Part shown: positions 1-7,594 of the stretch, piece after piece
Position numbering within the stretch: the stretch's first letter is position 1
Layout: each line of letters starts with the position of its first letter
IMG/VR virus record: IMGVR_UViG_2537561980_000006
Origin: a virus
Lineage: Duplodnaviria; Heunggongvirae; Uroviricota; Caudoviricetes
Reading direction: 5' to 3' (one strand)
DNA length: 36,019 nt
Program-made: the position numbers and the translations under genes
The notes under the pieces: generated by a model
Databases searched by the model: none
Seen by the model: the letters and a program-made list of their open reading frames with translations, nothing else
What the model was told of the DNA's origin: nothing

Positions 1-901
1 AGCAAAAACGACTTATGGTATTGCGAGCTTCAGTCGCACTACACGGTCGTTCTGTTACTCTTTATGAGAAAGCGTTCCCGCTTTCAGAGCAATGTTCAAA
101 GAAAGCTCATGACCAATTTCTAGCCGACCTTGCGAGCATTCTACCGAGTAACACCACACCGCTCATTGTCAGTGATGCTGGCTTTAAAGTGCCATGGTAT
201 AAATCCGTTGAGAAGCTGGGTTGGTACTGGTTAAGTCGAGTAAGAGGAAAAGTACAATATGCAGACCTAGGAGCGGAAAACTGGAAACCTATCAGCAACT
301 TACATGATATGTCATCTAGTCACTCAAAGCTTTAGGCTATAAGAGGCTGACTAAAAGCAATCCAATCTCATGCCAAATTCTATTGTATAAATCTCGCTCT
401 AAAGGCCGAAAAAATCAGCGCTCGACACGGACTCATTGTCACCACCCGTCACCTAAAATCTACTCAGCGTCGGCAAAGGAGCCATGGGTTCTAGCAACTA
501 ACTTACCTGTTGAAATTCGAACACCCAAACAACTTGTTAATATCTATTCGAAGCGAATGCAGATTGAAGAAACCTTCCGAGACTTGAAAAGTCCTGCCTA
601 CGGACTAGGCCTACGCCATAGCCGAACGAGCAGCTCAGAGCGTTTTGATATCATGCTGCTAATCGCCCTGATGCTTCAACTAACATGTTGGCTTGCGGGC
701 GTTCATGCTCAGAAACAAGGTTGGGACAAGCACTTCCAGGCTAACACAGTCAGAAATCGAAACGTACTCTCAACAGTTCGCTTAGGCATGGAAGTTTTGC
801 GGCATTCTGGCTACACAATAACAAGGGAAGACTTACTCGTGGCTGCAACCCTACTAGCTCAAAATTTATTCACACATGGTTACGCTTTGGGGAAATTATG
901 A
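1..901 (+). pseudogene. tnp: IS10 transposase, C-terminal ~300 codons, reading frame broken near 329-335
   Basis: Frame from nt 3 (..EQKRLMVLRAS..) hits TAG at 333-335; transposase sequence resumes in a different frame from 383 to stop 899-901. Segment lengths fit a 402-codon ORF missing one nucleotide. Confidence 0.75.
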
Positions 902-914
902 GGGGATCTCTCAG
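1..914 (+). mobile_element. IS10 (IS4 family) copy, left part cut by window edge; inside end at 914
   Basis: Transposase C-terminal coding sequence with DDE-type motifs (LIVSDAGF; YSKRMQIEETFRDLK = Y-2-R-3-E-6-K), then 13 nt ending GGGGATCTCTCAG, which matches the IS10 inside end as I remember it. Confidence 0.85.
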
Positions 915-1169
915 GATAAAGCTAGCATGCCAACGGTATACAGCGAGTCGCTCTTTGTGGAGGTGACGATTACCTAACAATCGGTCGATTCGTTTGATGT
1001 TATGTTTTGTTCTCGCTTTGGTTGGCAGGTTACGGCCAAGTTCGGTAAGAGTGAGAGTTTTACAGTCAAGTAATGCGTGGCAAGCCAACGTTAAGCTGTT
1101 GAGTCGTTTTAAGTGTAATTCGGGGCAGAATTGGTAAAGAGAGTCGTGTAAAATATCGAGTTCGCACAT
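915..1169 (-). pseudogene. tnp: IS10 transposase N-terminal fragment (85 codons), truncated at the IS junction
   Basis: ATG at 1169 (minus) encodes MCELDILHDSLYQFCPELHLKRLNSLTLACHALLDCK..WHASFI, then diverges where the other IS copy's end begins. Confidence 0.8.
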
Positions 1170-1230
1170 CTTGTTGTCTGATTATTGATTTTTCGCGAAA
1201 CCATTTGATCATATGACAAGATGTGTATCC
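1162..1230 (+). ncRNA. Predicted RNA-OUT antisense RNA of IS10 (position inferred from IS10 coordinates)
   Basis: Established IS10 biology: pOUT transcript starts ~nt 115 and runs toward the outside end, overlapping the transposase 5' end; mapped onto window coordinates, not independently detected. Confidence 0.4.
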
Positions 1231-1814
1231 ACCTTAACTTAATGATTTTTACCAAAATCATTAGGGGATTCATCAGTGCGGTGCCTGGTGCCTCCAGGTG
1301 ACGTTAACCAGTTAACAATTAACGCCGGATACAGAGAATCCACCCATAACACTGTTTTTGGTTTTAACTGTTCCGCGTGCGCTTAGCCGCATTCACCGCA
1401 TCACAAAATTCACTTTAAAAAGGGCGGCAGAGCAGTCACGGAGTAAAACTGATACCGCCAAACGTCACCAGAAAATTGATAACAGAGGGCGTTGCAGCGG
1501 GGTTGTCACTTAAGCGTATGGTCAACCTGACAACCAGGTGTCCTCAACGGGGAAGGAATAACCCCGCCATACTTACCGCCGCGCCATTTCGCGGAGTGCC
1601 ACAACCGGAAGCGCACGGCCGACGAAAATTTAACGACAGGCTATCTATGAACCAGCTACCTCGCCGTGCGCTTTCGCGTTATGGTCTGACTTTTCATGGA
1701 AATATCCTTTCAGTAAACTGTCAGTGCCGGATGCTCACCCGTGTCCGGCGCACGCACTCCACCTCACCCGTGGAGAACTCCTTAATTACCAACCTTAGCT
1801 TCGTTGGTTAGCTA

Positions 1815-2033
1815 TTAACGCGGGTATGTAATCATTCTGGCAATGCTTAATGCCGCTGCTTTTTCCAGCCTGGTGATATCCTGCTCCAGAGCGGACAGAT
1901 TTTCAGCCTGCTTAGCCCTGGCTTCATTGGCCCATTTCAGATCCTGCGCTGCATTAATTTTCTGGCGCATCCACTCATAAAGTTCATCATCGGTATAATC
2001 TGGCGCGATGATGACGGGTTCTCGTTTCTGCAT
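1815..2033 (-). CDS. Hypothetical small early-left protein (72 aa)
   Basis: ORF with GAGGA RBS upstream of ATG at 2033; co-oriented with the repressor-side leftward operon. Confidence 0.5.
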   Translation of the reverse strand: MQKREPVIIAPDYTDDELYEWMRQKINAAQDLKWANEARAKQAENLSALEQDITRLEKAAALSIARMITYPR

Positions 2034-2062
2034 ACTGATTCCTCGCGGTGTTGCTTCGCTTA

Positions 2063-2191
2063 TCAGCCGTTAGATTTTGCCGAGCTGGAAAGCGCCTGTT
2101 TAAACTCACTGAAGCTGAGAGCTTCTTCGCCTTCGGCAAGGCCTTCGAAGTATTCTTCGTAAGCCTTTTCCATGATTGTGTCGAAATCCAT
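2063..2191 (-). CDS. Hypothetical small acidic protein (42 aa)
   Basis: ATG at 2191 preceded by AGGTGGGTGAT RBS; start overlaps the stop of the upstream gene. Confidence 0.4.
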   Translation of the reverse strand: MDFDTIMEKAYEEYFEGLAEGEEALSFSEFKQALSSSAKSNG

Positions 2192-2192
2192 A

Positions 2193-2348
2193 TCACCCAC
2201 CTGAATTTCTTTCCAGCCAGCGACGCGCTCCAGATTCGGTTTTAAACGTTTTGCTTTTGGTATACGTCATTGCGGTGAACGTACCGTCCTGGTTGGGGAA
2301 CACGCCACATACCAGAGATTCGCTGTTGCCAAGATTGATAGTATCCAT
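2193..2348 (-). CDS. Hypothetical small protein (51 aa; alternative start at 2429)
   Basis: ATG at 2348 preceded by TGAGGT RBS; ORF MDTINLGNSESLVCGVFPNQDG.. Confidence 0.45.
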   Translation of the reverse strand: MDTINLGNSESLVCGVFPNQDGTFTAMTYTKSKTFKTESGARRWLERNSGG

Positions 2349-2519
2349 GCTGACCTCATTTCCCCTTAACGCCGGGGTAGCGGAACAAAAACCTGCTGCA
2401 TAGTTATTAAAGTTGAACCCTGCCGTCATGTTCTTACGCCTCGGGCTGGCTACTTAACCCCTGACCACTGCCTGGTAACTCGAAGTATTGCCCTGCATTC
2501 TGTGGGGCGGGGTGGGTGG

Positions 2520-2575
2520 CAGGTATATAATGTACTTTGCGTTCATTGTTGTAAAGTACTTTTAGTACATTCTGT
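2520..2575. promoter_or_regulatory. Leftward operator/promoter region (OL-like) with ATGTACT / AGTACAT motifs
   Basis: ATGTACT at 2530-2536, AGTACT at 2555-2560, AGTACAT at 2564-2570; the same heptamer recurs on the other side of the repressor gene. Confidence 0.4.
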
Positions 2576-2645
2576 GTGTAAAAAAATGAGATGGGATAAA
2601 GTGAAGCACAAACCCGGAGGAAGGCGCTACCGGATTTATGCTGGT

Positions 2646-3065
2646 TTAAGAGGCTTTTTGTTTTTTCTTTCGTGCTAACTCTTCGTAAATTGCATTGTAC
2701 TTCTGTTTTTTCTCTTCAAGAGTTTTTAAAAGTTCATCTGTCTCACTGTCAGGGAGCTCGTCCAGAAGGTCAATGATGATTTTTTGTCTTGGATTTAACT
2801 CCTGATAGAAACGTACCTGTCCACTTTCTTCTGTATCCTCTCCCAAAAGATAGGTTGGTGTTGTTCCTATTAGTGTTGCTAATTCCCTTAATTTCTCCCG
2901 GCGAGGAATTGTTTCGCCATTAAACCATTTGCTAACCGCTTTTGGTGTTAATTTCATTCGACGGGCAATTTCTGCCTGCCTTCCATGTTGTTCATAACCA
3001 GCGTTTTCACAGGCTAGCGCAAGCCTACTGGCGAACTCTTTACGCGCTTTATCTTCATGAACCAT
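2646..3065 (-). CDS. Prophage repressor, HTH (XRE/RacR-like)
   Basis: 139-aa ORF with N-terminal HTH region (..GRQAEIARRMKLTPKAVSKWFNGE..), divergently arranged against a cro-like gene. Confidence 0.75.
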   Translation of the reverse strand: MVHEDKARKEFASRLALACENAGYEQHGRQAEIARRMKLTPKAVSKWFNGETIPRREKLRELATLIGTTPTYLLGEDTEESGQVRFYQELNPRQKIIIDLLDELPDSETDELLKTLEEKKQKYNAIYEELARKKKQKAS

Positions 3066-3070
3066 AAGTT

Positions 3071-3125
3071 CAATGATATTCGCTCTTGAATGTACTGTCA
3101 GTTCTGTTATAGCATGTACTCAAAG
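3071..3125. promoter_or_regulatory. Divergent promoter/operator region (OR-like)
   Basis: Inverted repeat TTCAA-N12-TTGAA at 3069-3090 and direct repeats of ATGTACT at 3090-3096 and 3114-3120, between the divergent repressor and cro-like genes. Confidence 0.45.
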
Positions 3126-3144
3126 TTCACATTATGAGGGTGAT

Positions 3145-3399
3145 ATGAACCAGAAAACACTTGAAGATGTAATCAAAACTGTTCGCGTTGCTGTTGTGGC
3201 CGACGTTTGTGGTGTCAGCCAAAGAGCAATCTATAAATGGATGGATAACGGAAAATTGCCTCGCACAGAATATACCGGCGAAACAAATTACGCTGAAAAA
3301 ATCGCTCTTGCATCAAACGGATTATTTTCTGCCGATGCAATTTTAACTATTGGCAGGAATAAAACTACTACGAAAAAGCTGATGGGAGTTGATTCATGA
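3145..3399 (+). CDS. Cro-like HTH regulator (YdaS-like)
   Basis: ATG at 3145 after GAGGG RBS; contains HTH-like VADVCGVSQRAIYKWMDNGKLP. Confidence 0.65.
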   Translation: MNQKTLEDVIKTVRVAVVADVCGVSQRAIYKWMDNGKLPRTEYTGETNYAEKIALASNGLFSADAILTIGRNKTTTKKLMGVDS

Positions 3400-3821
3400 A
3401 AATCAAGCATGAACACATCCGCATGGCGATGAATGCCTGGGCGCATCCGGACGGCGAAAAAGTACCGGCTGCGAAAATTACCAAAGCGTATTTCGAGCTG
3501 GGAATGACGTTCCCGGAACTGTATGACGACAGCCATCCGGAAGCCTTGGCTCGCAATACCCAGAAAATTTTCCGCTGGGTAGAGAAAGACACCCCTGATG
3601 CAGTTGAAAAAATTCAGGCGTTGTTACCAGCGATCGAAAAGGCAATGCCACCTTTGCTGGTGGCCAGAATGCGCAGCCACAGTTCAGCTTATTTTCGGGA
3701 GCTGGTGGAGACGCGGGAGCGATTGGTGAGAGACGCTGATGATTTTGTCGCAGTGGCAATCGCCGGTTTCAATCAGATGAACCGTGGTGGCCCGGCAGGA
3801 AATGCTGTGGCAGTACATTGA
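3396..3821 (+). CDS. CII-like regulator (YdaT-like)
   Basis: 141-aa ORF starting MKIKHEHI.., start overlaps the cro-like stop; position and N-terminus resemble Rac-type YdaT as I recall it. Confidence 0.55.
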   Translation: MKIKHEHIRMAMNAWAHPDGEKVPAAKITKAYFELGMTFPELYDDSHPEALARNTQKIFRWVEKDTPDAVEKIQALLPAIEKAMPPLLVARMRSHSSAYFRELVETRERLVRDADDFVAVAIAGFNQMNRGGPAGNAVAVH

Positions 3822-3886
3822 CTGACAATAGCCATATCGAATCGCTTCCGGCAACTCGTGAGTAAAAAGATTCGGTATCAGAAGAG

Positions 3887-4969
3887 GTGAGTATGGCTAA
3901 CGCCTGGCTCAGATTATGGCATGACATGCCAAATGACCCTAAGTGGCGAACAATTGCCAGGGTGTCAGGGCAGCCAATTGCAACAGTGATGGCAGTGTAT
4001 ATCCACCTCCTGGTGAGCGCGTCACGAAATGTCACGCGAGGTCACATTGATGTCACGACAGAAGATTTGGCAAGTGCGCTCGACGTGACAGAAGAGGTAA
4101 TTGATTCAATTTTGCAGACGATGCAGGGGCGGGTACTTGATGGTGATTTAATCACTGGATGGGAAAAACGCCAGGTGCTTAAAGAGGACAACGGCAATAT
4201 TTCGCAAACCGCAAAATCTCCTGCAGAGCGCAAGAGGGCGCAGCGAGAGAGGGAAAGAAAGCGGGAACAAAATGGCGATTGTCACGGCGCGTCACGAAAT
4301 GTCACGCACATGTCACGACGAGTCACGACAGATAAAGATACAGATAAAGATACAGATACAGATCAAGAAGATCAAAACACTATGGTCCATGGCGTAAAAA
4401 ACGCCACGAACCAGGCAGGGGATGTTCAGACCGTCAATCTTGGTCAGCCAGCAGGCACGACACCGGAAGCCGATTCAGCGTATGCGCTGAAAGCCGATTC
4501 GGGCGCTGTGCAGCAGGTGATGACCGCAAGGCCGGAGCAATCACACCAACTGCAGCAGCCTGAAGCCGATTCCGCCATTCAGCGGGAAGCCGATCGGGTA
4601 GTCCCGGAAAACACCGGGCAGCCTGTGGGACGAGTGGATTATCCGGATGTGTTCGAACAGGTCTGGCGGGAATACCCGTTGCGTGCTGGGGCAAACCCGA
4701 AGAAATCCGCTTTCAGTGCTTGGAAGGCCAGATTACGCGAGGGGGTGTCACCAGAGGCCATGCTGGATGGCGTGAGGCGTTACGCAAGATACCTTGCGGC
4801 TACCGGGAAAACGGGAACGGAATTTGTTCAGCGAGCGACGACGTTTTTTGGACCGGACCGGAATTTTGAAAACCCCTGGCTGCTCCCGGTAAGCGGCACG
4901 AACAACCAGCGTTGTGTGAATCATATTTCTGAACCGGATACCGAAATTCCACCGGGCTTCAGGGGGTAA
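3887..4969 (+). CDS. Replication initiator (phage replisome organizer, O-like) containing the origin iterons
   Basis: 360-aa ORF with GAGGTGAGT RBS; internal GTCACG iteron arrays as in lambda O/ori. Confidence 0.65.
   Translation: MSMANAWLRLWHDMPNDPKWRTIARVSGQPIATVMAVYIHLLVSASRNVTRGHIDVTTEDLASALDVTEEVIDSILQTMQGRVLDGDLITGWEKRQVLKEDNGNISQTAKSPAERKRAQRERERKREQNGDCHGASRNVTHMSRRVTTDKDTDKDTDTDQEDQNTMVHGVKNATNQAGDVQTVNLGQPAGTTPEADSAYALKADSGAVQQVMTARPEQSHQLQQPEADSAIQREADRVVPENTGQPVGRVDYPDVFEQVWREYPLRAGANPKKSAFSAWKARLREGVSPEAMLDGVRRYARYLAATGKTGTEFVQRATTFFGPDRNFENPWLLPVSGTNNQRCVNHISEPDTEIPPGFRG
4021..4380. repeat. Iteron array plus AT-rich repeat (putative origin of replication)
   Basis: GTCAC(G/A) repeated at ~10-11 bp spacing (4021, 4031, 4041, 4052 and 4281, 4291, 4301, 4312, 4322), followed by GATAAAGATACAGATAAAGATACAGATACAGAT and two GATC sites. 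Confidence 0.55.
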
Positions 4970-5009
4970 GTGTTAATTTCTGGTCATGAGGTAATTTTCA
5001 GGAGGACTT

Positions 5010-5420
5010 GTGGCAAAAGTTTTTACACAAGAAGAGCGAGAAAAAATTAAAGGGCAGGTTGTTGAACTCGTACGCCAGAGTGGGCGTGAGACGTTACGGC
5101 AACTGGAAGTCAAAACAGGTGCGACAAGATATCTGATGAGCGTTCTTGCCAGAGAGCTGGTTGCTAGTGGCGATGTATACAACTCTGGTTACGGGTTATT
5201 TCCGTCTGAACAGGCTCGTAAGGACTGGCAAAATGCCCGCAAAAAATTATCGAGGGCAAAGCTGAAGAAACCGGTTGTGGTTGATCCGGACCTTATCTGG
5301 TCATTACCTGACGGAGAAATACGTCGCTACGACAGTCGCCTAAACATAATCTGTCGCGAGTGCCGGAAGAGCGAAGTTATGCAGCGCATATTGTCGTTTT
5401 ATCAGGGGAATTTTCAGTAG
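5010..5420 (+). CDS. Hypothetical protein (136 aa)
   Basis: GTG start at 5010 with AGGAGGA RBS. Confidence 0.55.
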   Translation: MAKVFTQEEREKIKGQVVELVRQSGRETLRQLEVKTGATRYLMSVLARELVASGDVYNSGYGLFPSEQARKDWQNARKKLSRAKLKKPVVVDPDLIWSLPDGEIRRYDSRLNIICRECRKSEVMQRILSFYQGNFQ

Positions 5421-5489
5421 GTGGTGCTGTGAGTGAAATTAGCTATCAGGCTTCAATTGCCGCTGGCATTCGCATCAAAGGAGAGGAGC

Positions 5490-5846
5490 ATGGAAATAAA
5501 ACCAGAAGATGAGTTAAGTAATATTGTTTTATTTCCGGTAAAAGAGGATGACCCACGTAATCAGGTTAATTTTCTTTATGAGCCATCGGAAAGACCATAC
5601 TGCCATCACGCCTCTGTCCGGGTTGACGAAAAAGAGCGCCAGGTCCGCTGTAAAATCTGCGGTGCAGTTGTGGAGCCATTTGACTGGATGCTCTCTGTGG
5701 CGAAAAGAGAAACCAGGCTGGCAGATGATGTAAAGCTATTGCGCCAGGAGGAACAGGAAAGGCGGAAAAATATAGAAAAGTTAATTCAGATTGAGCGTAA
5801 CGCGAAAGCGCGGATACGCAGGGCGACAAAATCCATAACTGAATAA
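5490..5846 (+). CDS. Hypothetical protein with Cys/His cluster (possible zinc ribbon)
   Basis: ATG at 5490 after GGAGAGGAG RBS; CHH..C-x2-C motif (PYCHHASV..RCKICG). Confidence 0.5.
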   Translation: MEIKPEDELSNIVLFPVKEDDPRNQVNFLYEPSERPYCHHASVRVDEKERQVRCKICGAVVEPFDWMLSVAKRETRLADDVKLLRQEEQERRKNIEKLIQIERNAKARIRRATKSITE

Positions 5847-5970
5847 TTAAATTTAGCACTGTAAATAAAATCAAATCCTTAACCGGAGGGATTTCTGCAC
5901 CCTCAAATCATCCGGAGGCCGCCCGAAAGGGCGGTAATAAAAATGGCTGAACTAATCGGAGAATAAAACG

Positions 5971-6153
5971 ATGAAAAACCGTAAAGCAAAGATTCTGTTA
6001 GTTCGTAGAAACGCTCCTGGCGTCTGGCAGTGGGTGAGACTCAGCAACCGACGGATGGGGTTAATGAAACATTACGGGATGATGGATTGTGGTTTTTGCA
6101 AAAAGCCTACCGCGGCACAGAACAGGCGGAAGAAAGGGTACGCAGTACGATGA
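5971..6153 (+). CDS. Small basic protein, paralog A (60 aa)
   Basis: MKNRKAK.. ORF; its stop overlaps the start of paralog B (ATGA); shares SNRR and AAQNR motifs with B. Confidence 0.45.
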   Translation: MKNRKAKILLVRRNAPGVWQWVRLSNRRMGLMKHYGMMDCGFCKKPTAAQNRRKKGYAVR

Positions 6154-6341
6154 AAAACCGTAAAGCAAAGATGCTTATTTCCCGTGTATACAGACGTTGC
6201 CATCCCAGCCAGTGGTTGAGAGTTAGCAATCGCCGTGTGGTGTTGTACTTATATTCTGGAATTGCCAGAGAGGGAGTCAAAGATAAGCGCAGCGCGGCGC
6301 AAAACCGCTGGAAAAACCACTTGCGTACTAAAGGAGAGTGA
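6150..6341 (+). CDS. Small basic protein, paralog B (63 aa)
   Basis: Second MKNRKAK.. ORF; codon changes relative to A in the W-x-R-x-SNRR block are partly synonymous. Confidence 0.45.
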   Translation: MKNRKAKMLISRVYRRCHPSQWLRVSNRRVVLYLYSGIAREGVKDKRSAAQNRWKNHLRTKGE

Positions 6342-6342
6342 T

Positions 6343-6558
6343 ATGGCTATCGCTGCAAGTTACACCATGCATCTCTATTGTGATTGCCTCCAGTGTACAA
6401 ATGGCAAATATAAGTCGCCAGATTTTGGTGAGTATATCGGTACGTCATGGGCTGGCTGTGCAAAAGAGGCACGTAAAGATGGGTGGCGAATAAGCGCCGA
6501 CAAAACGCGTGCTTTTGCGCCAGGGCATAAAATTTTGAGGAGCAACAAAGGAGAGTGA
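6343..6558 (+). CDS. Hypothetical Cys-rich small protein (71 aa)
   Basis: ATG at 6343 after AAAGGAGAGTGAT RBS; C-x-C-x2-C cluster (YCDCLQC); the same RBS string recurs before the next gene. Confidence 0.5.
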   Translation: MAIAASYTMHLYCDCLQCTNGKYKSPDFGEYIGTSWAGCAKEARKDGWRISADKTRAFAPGHKILRSNKGE

Positions 6559-6559
6559 T

Positions 6560-6778
6560 ATGCCTACATTATTCAGAAAAGAATATCCGCGAAAAAGTAG
6601 AGCGACAGAATTTTTGTTTCTCATTCTGTTTATCGTGTTGATGATACCGATATCCCCGCTATTACTGGCCTGGATAATCGGAAAAGTAATTGAGCCCGTT
6701 ATTGAATTGTATAACGACGTTGTATGGGCCCCGTTCAACACACTGCACAATAAAATTAATCCGTATAAGGAAAACTGA
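6560..6778 (+). CDS. Hypothetical small membrane protein (72 aa)
   Basis: AAAGGAGAGTGAT RBS; long hydrophobic stretch FLFLILFIVLMIPISPLLLAWIIG. Confidence 0.5.
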   Translation: MPTLFRKEYPRKSRATEFLFLILFIVLMIPISPLLLAWIIGKVIEPVIELYNDVVWAPFNTLHNKINPYKEN

Positions 6779-6779
6779 T

Positions 6780-7043
6780 ATGGCAACTTTGACAAAAAAA
6801 GAACAGGCATGGTTGAACGAATTACAGGACGTCATTGATCGCTGTCCATCACCGAAAAAAATTGGCTTTTACACCATTGGCGATAAAAACATTTACCTGT
6901 ATGACCTACGCCGCATGGATGAAATCATGGAGGCTCTTGATAATCGTTCGTCGGTGGATTGGTGTGTTGCTGTTCATGATATGAATGCAGGGTTTGATGA
7001 AAAGATTTTGTTCCCCTCATCAGTTGAAAGCACTGCGGGTTAA
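6780..7043 (+). CDS. Hypothetical protein (87 aa)
   Basis: ATG at 6780 with AAGGA RBS, immediately after the upstream stop. Confidence 0.5.
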   Translation: MATLTKKEQAWLNELQDVIDRCPSPKKIGFYTIGDKNIYLYDLRRMDEIMEALDNRSSVDWCVAVHDMNAGFDEKILFPSSVESTAG

Positions 7044-7053
7044 GGAGTAACAC

Positions 7054-7398
7054 ATGACCACTTTTACCAGAGAGCAGTTAATAACTCACGCAGAGGAGAC
7101 TATTGAAGCACAGAGACTGTGCATACCAGGCACAATCGACCATGACATCATCCGCACATATAAAATGGATATTGCTGTTTTGGAAATCGCATTGGCATCG
7201 CTGGCAGCAGAGCCAGCCGGTAAATTGCATGAATACAAACCAGTGGGATATCAGCGTCTGGTCGACGAGTTAACCATGCTGGTAAAGCAGTTAACCTGGC
7301 AACTGAGGAAAGTGAAGCCGGACTGTAAATTGCCGGATAAGGCGATGGACTACCTGAAGCGGAACGAACTGATAAGCGCGGAGGATGTTTTGCGATGA
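7054..7398 (+). CDS. Hypothetical protein (114 aa)
   Basis: ORF with AAGGAG RBS (7043-7048). Confidence 0.55.
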   Translation: MTTFTREQLITHAEETIEAQRLCIPGTIDHDIIRTYKMDIAVLEIALASLAAEPAGKLHEYKPVGYQRLVDELTMLVKQLTWQLRKVKPDCKLPDKAMDYLKRNELISAEDVLR

Positions 7399-7481
7399 CC
7401 TGGCCTGAAGCATTCACAACGGTAGGAATTGCAATGGCGGTGGCGCTGGTGGTGTATTCGATTTGCCGCTGGGGTTGACGA
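7395..7481 (+). CDS. Possible small hydrophobic peptide (28 aa)
   Basis: ATG overlapping the upstream stop; [27 protein letters not shown]; below the ORF-track size cutoff. Confidence 0.25.
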
Positions 7482-7504
7482 AAACGGAGGCACAAAGTTA
7501 TATT
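7475..7504 (+). promoter_or_regulatory. Candidate sigma70 promoter at the AT-rich island boundary
   Basis: TTGACG (7475-7480), 18-nt spacer, TATATT (7499-7504). Confidence 0.35.
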
Positions 7505-7508
7505 TTCT

Positions 7509-7543
7509 CTGTGTGGTCGGTAACTCGCCCACACAGTTTGTGT
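7509..7543 (+). promoter_or_regulatory. Inverted repeat / attenuator-like hairpin just downstream of the candidate promoter
   Basis: CTGTGTGG (7509-7516) and CCACACAG (7529-7536), 12-nt spacer, followed by TTTGTGTT. Confidence 0.35.
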
Positions 7544-7594
7544 TCGTAAAAATACCATGTTGTTAGAATGTCGTATGCGGATTCATAAGGATAA

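Larger units (their letters stand above)
915..1276 (-). mobile_element. Inverted IS10 fragment (first ~362 bp from the outside end); outside end at 1276
   Basis: Reverse complement of 1170-1276 reads CTGATGAATCCCCTAATGATTTTGGTAAAAATCATTAAG.., the IS10 outside end; fragment abuts the inside end of the adjacent copy at 914/915. Confidence 0.85.
5971..6341 (+). repeat. Diverged tandem duplication (~185 bp units)
   Basis: First 23 nt of each unit identical (ATGAAAAACCGTAAAGCAAAGAT), remainder ~70% identical. Confidence 0.6.

Noticed and set aside
1476-1811. 111-aa Arg-rich plus-strand ORF next to the IS10 end
   Set aside because: No RBS and a composition typical of out-of-frame or non-coding GC-rich DNA; the region is treated as non-coding or a remnant.
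2526-2531. Perfect TATAAT hexamer on the plus strand upstream of the repressor gene
   Set aside because: No acceptable -35 element at 17±1 bp; it would drive transcription antisense to the repressor. It more likely belongs to the operator/leftward promoter region on the opposite strand.
6030-6341. 103-aa ORF spanning both tandem repeat units
   Set aside because: Its 5' part is an alternative frame across paralog A; the paralog B start at 6150, overlapping A's stop, gives the parsimonious two-gene model.
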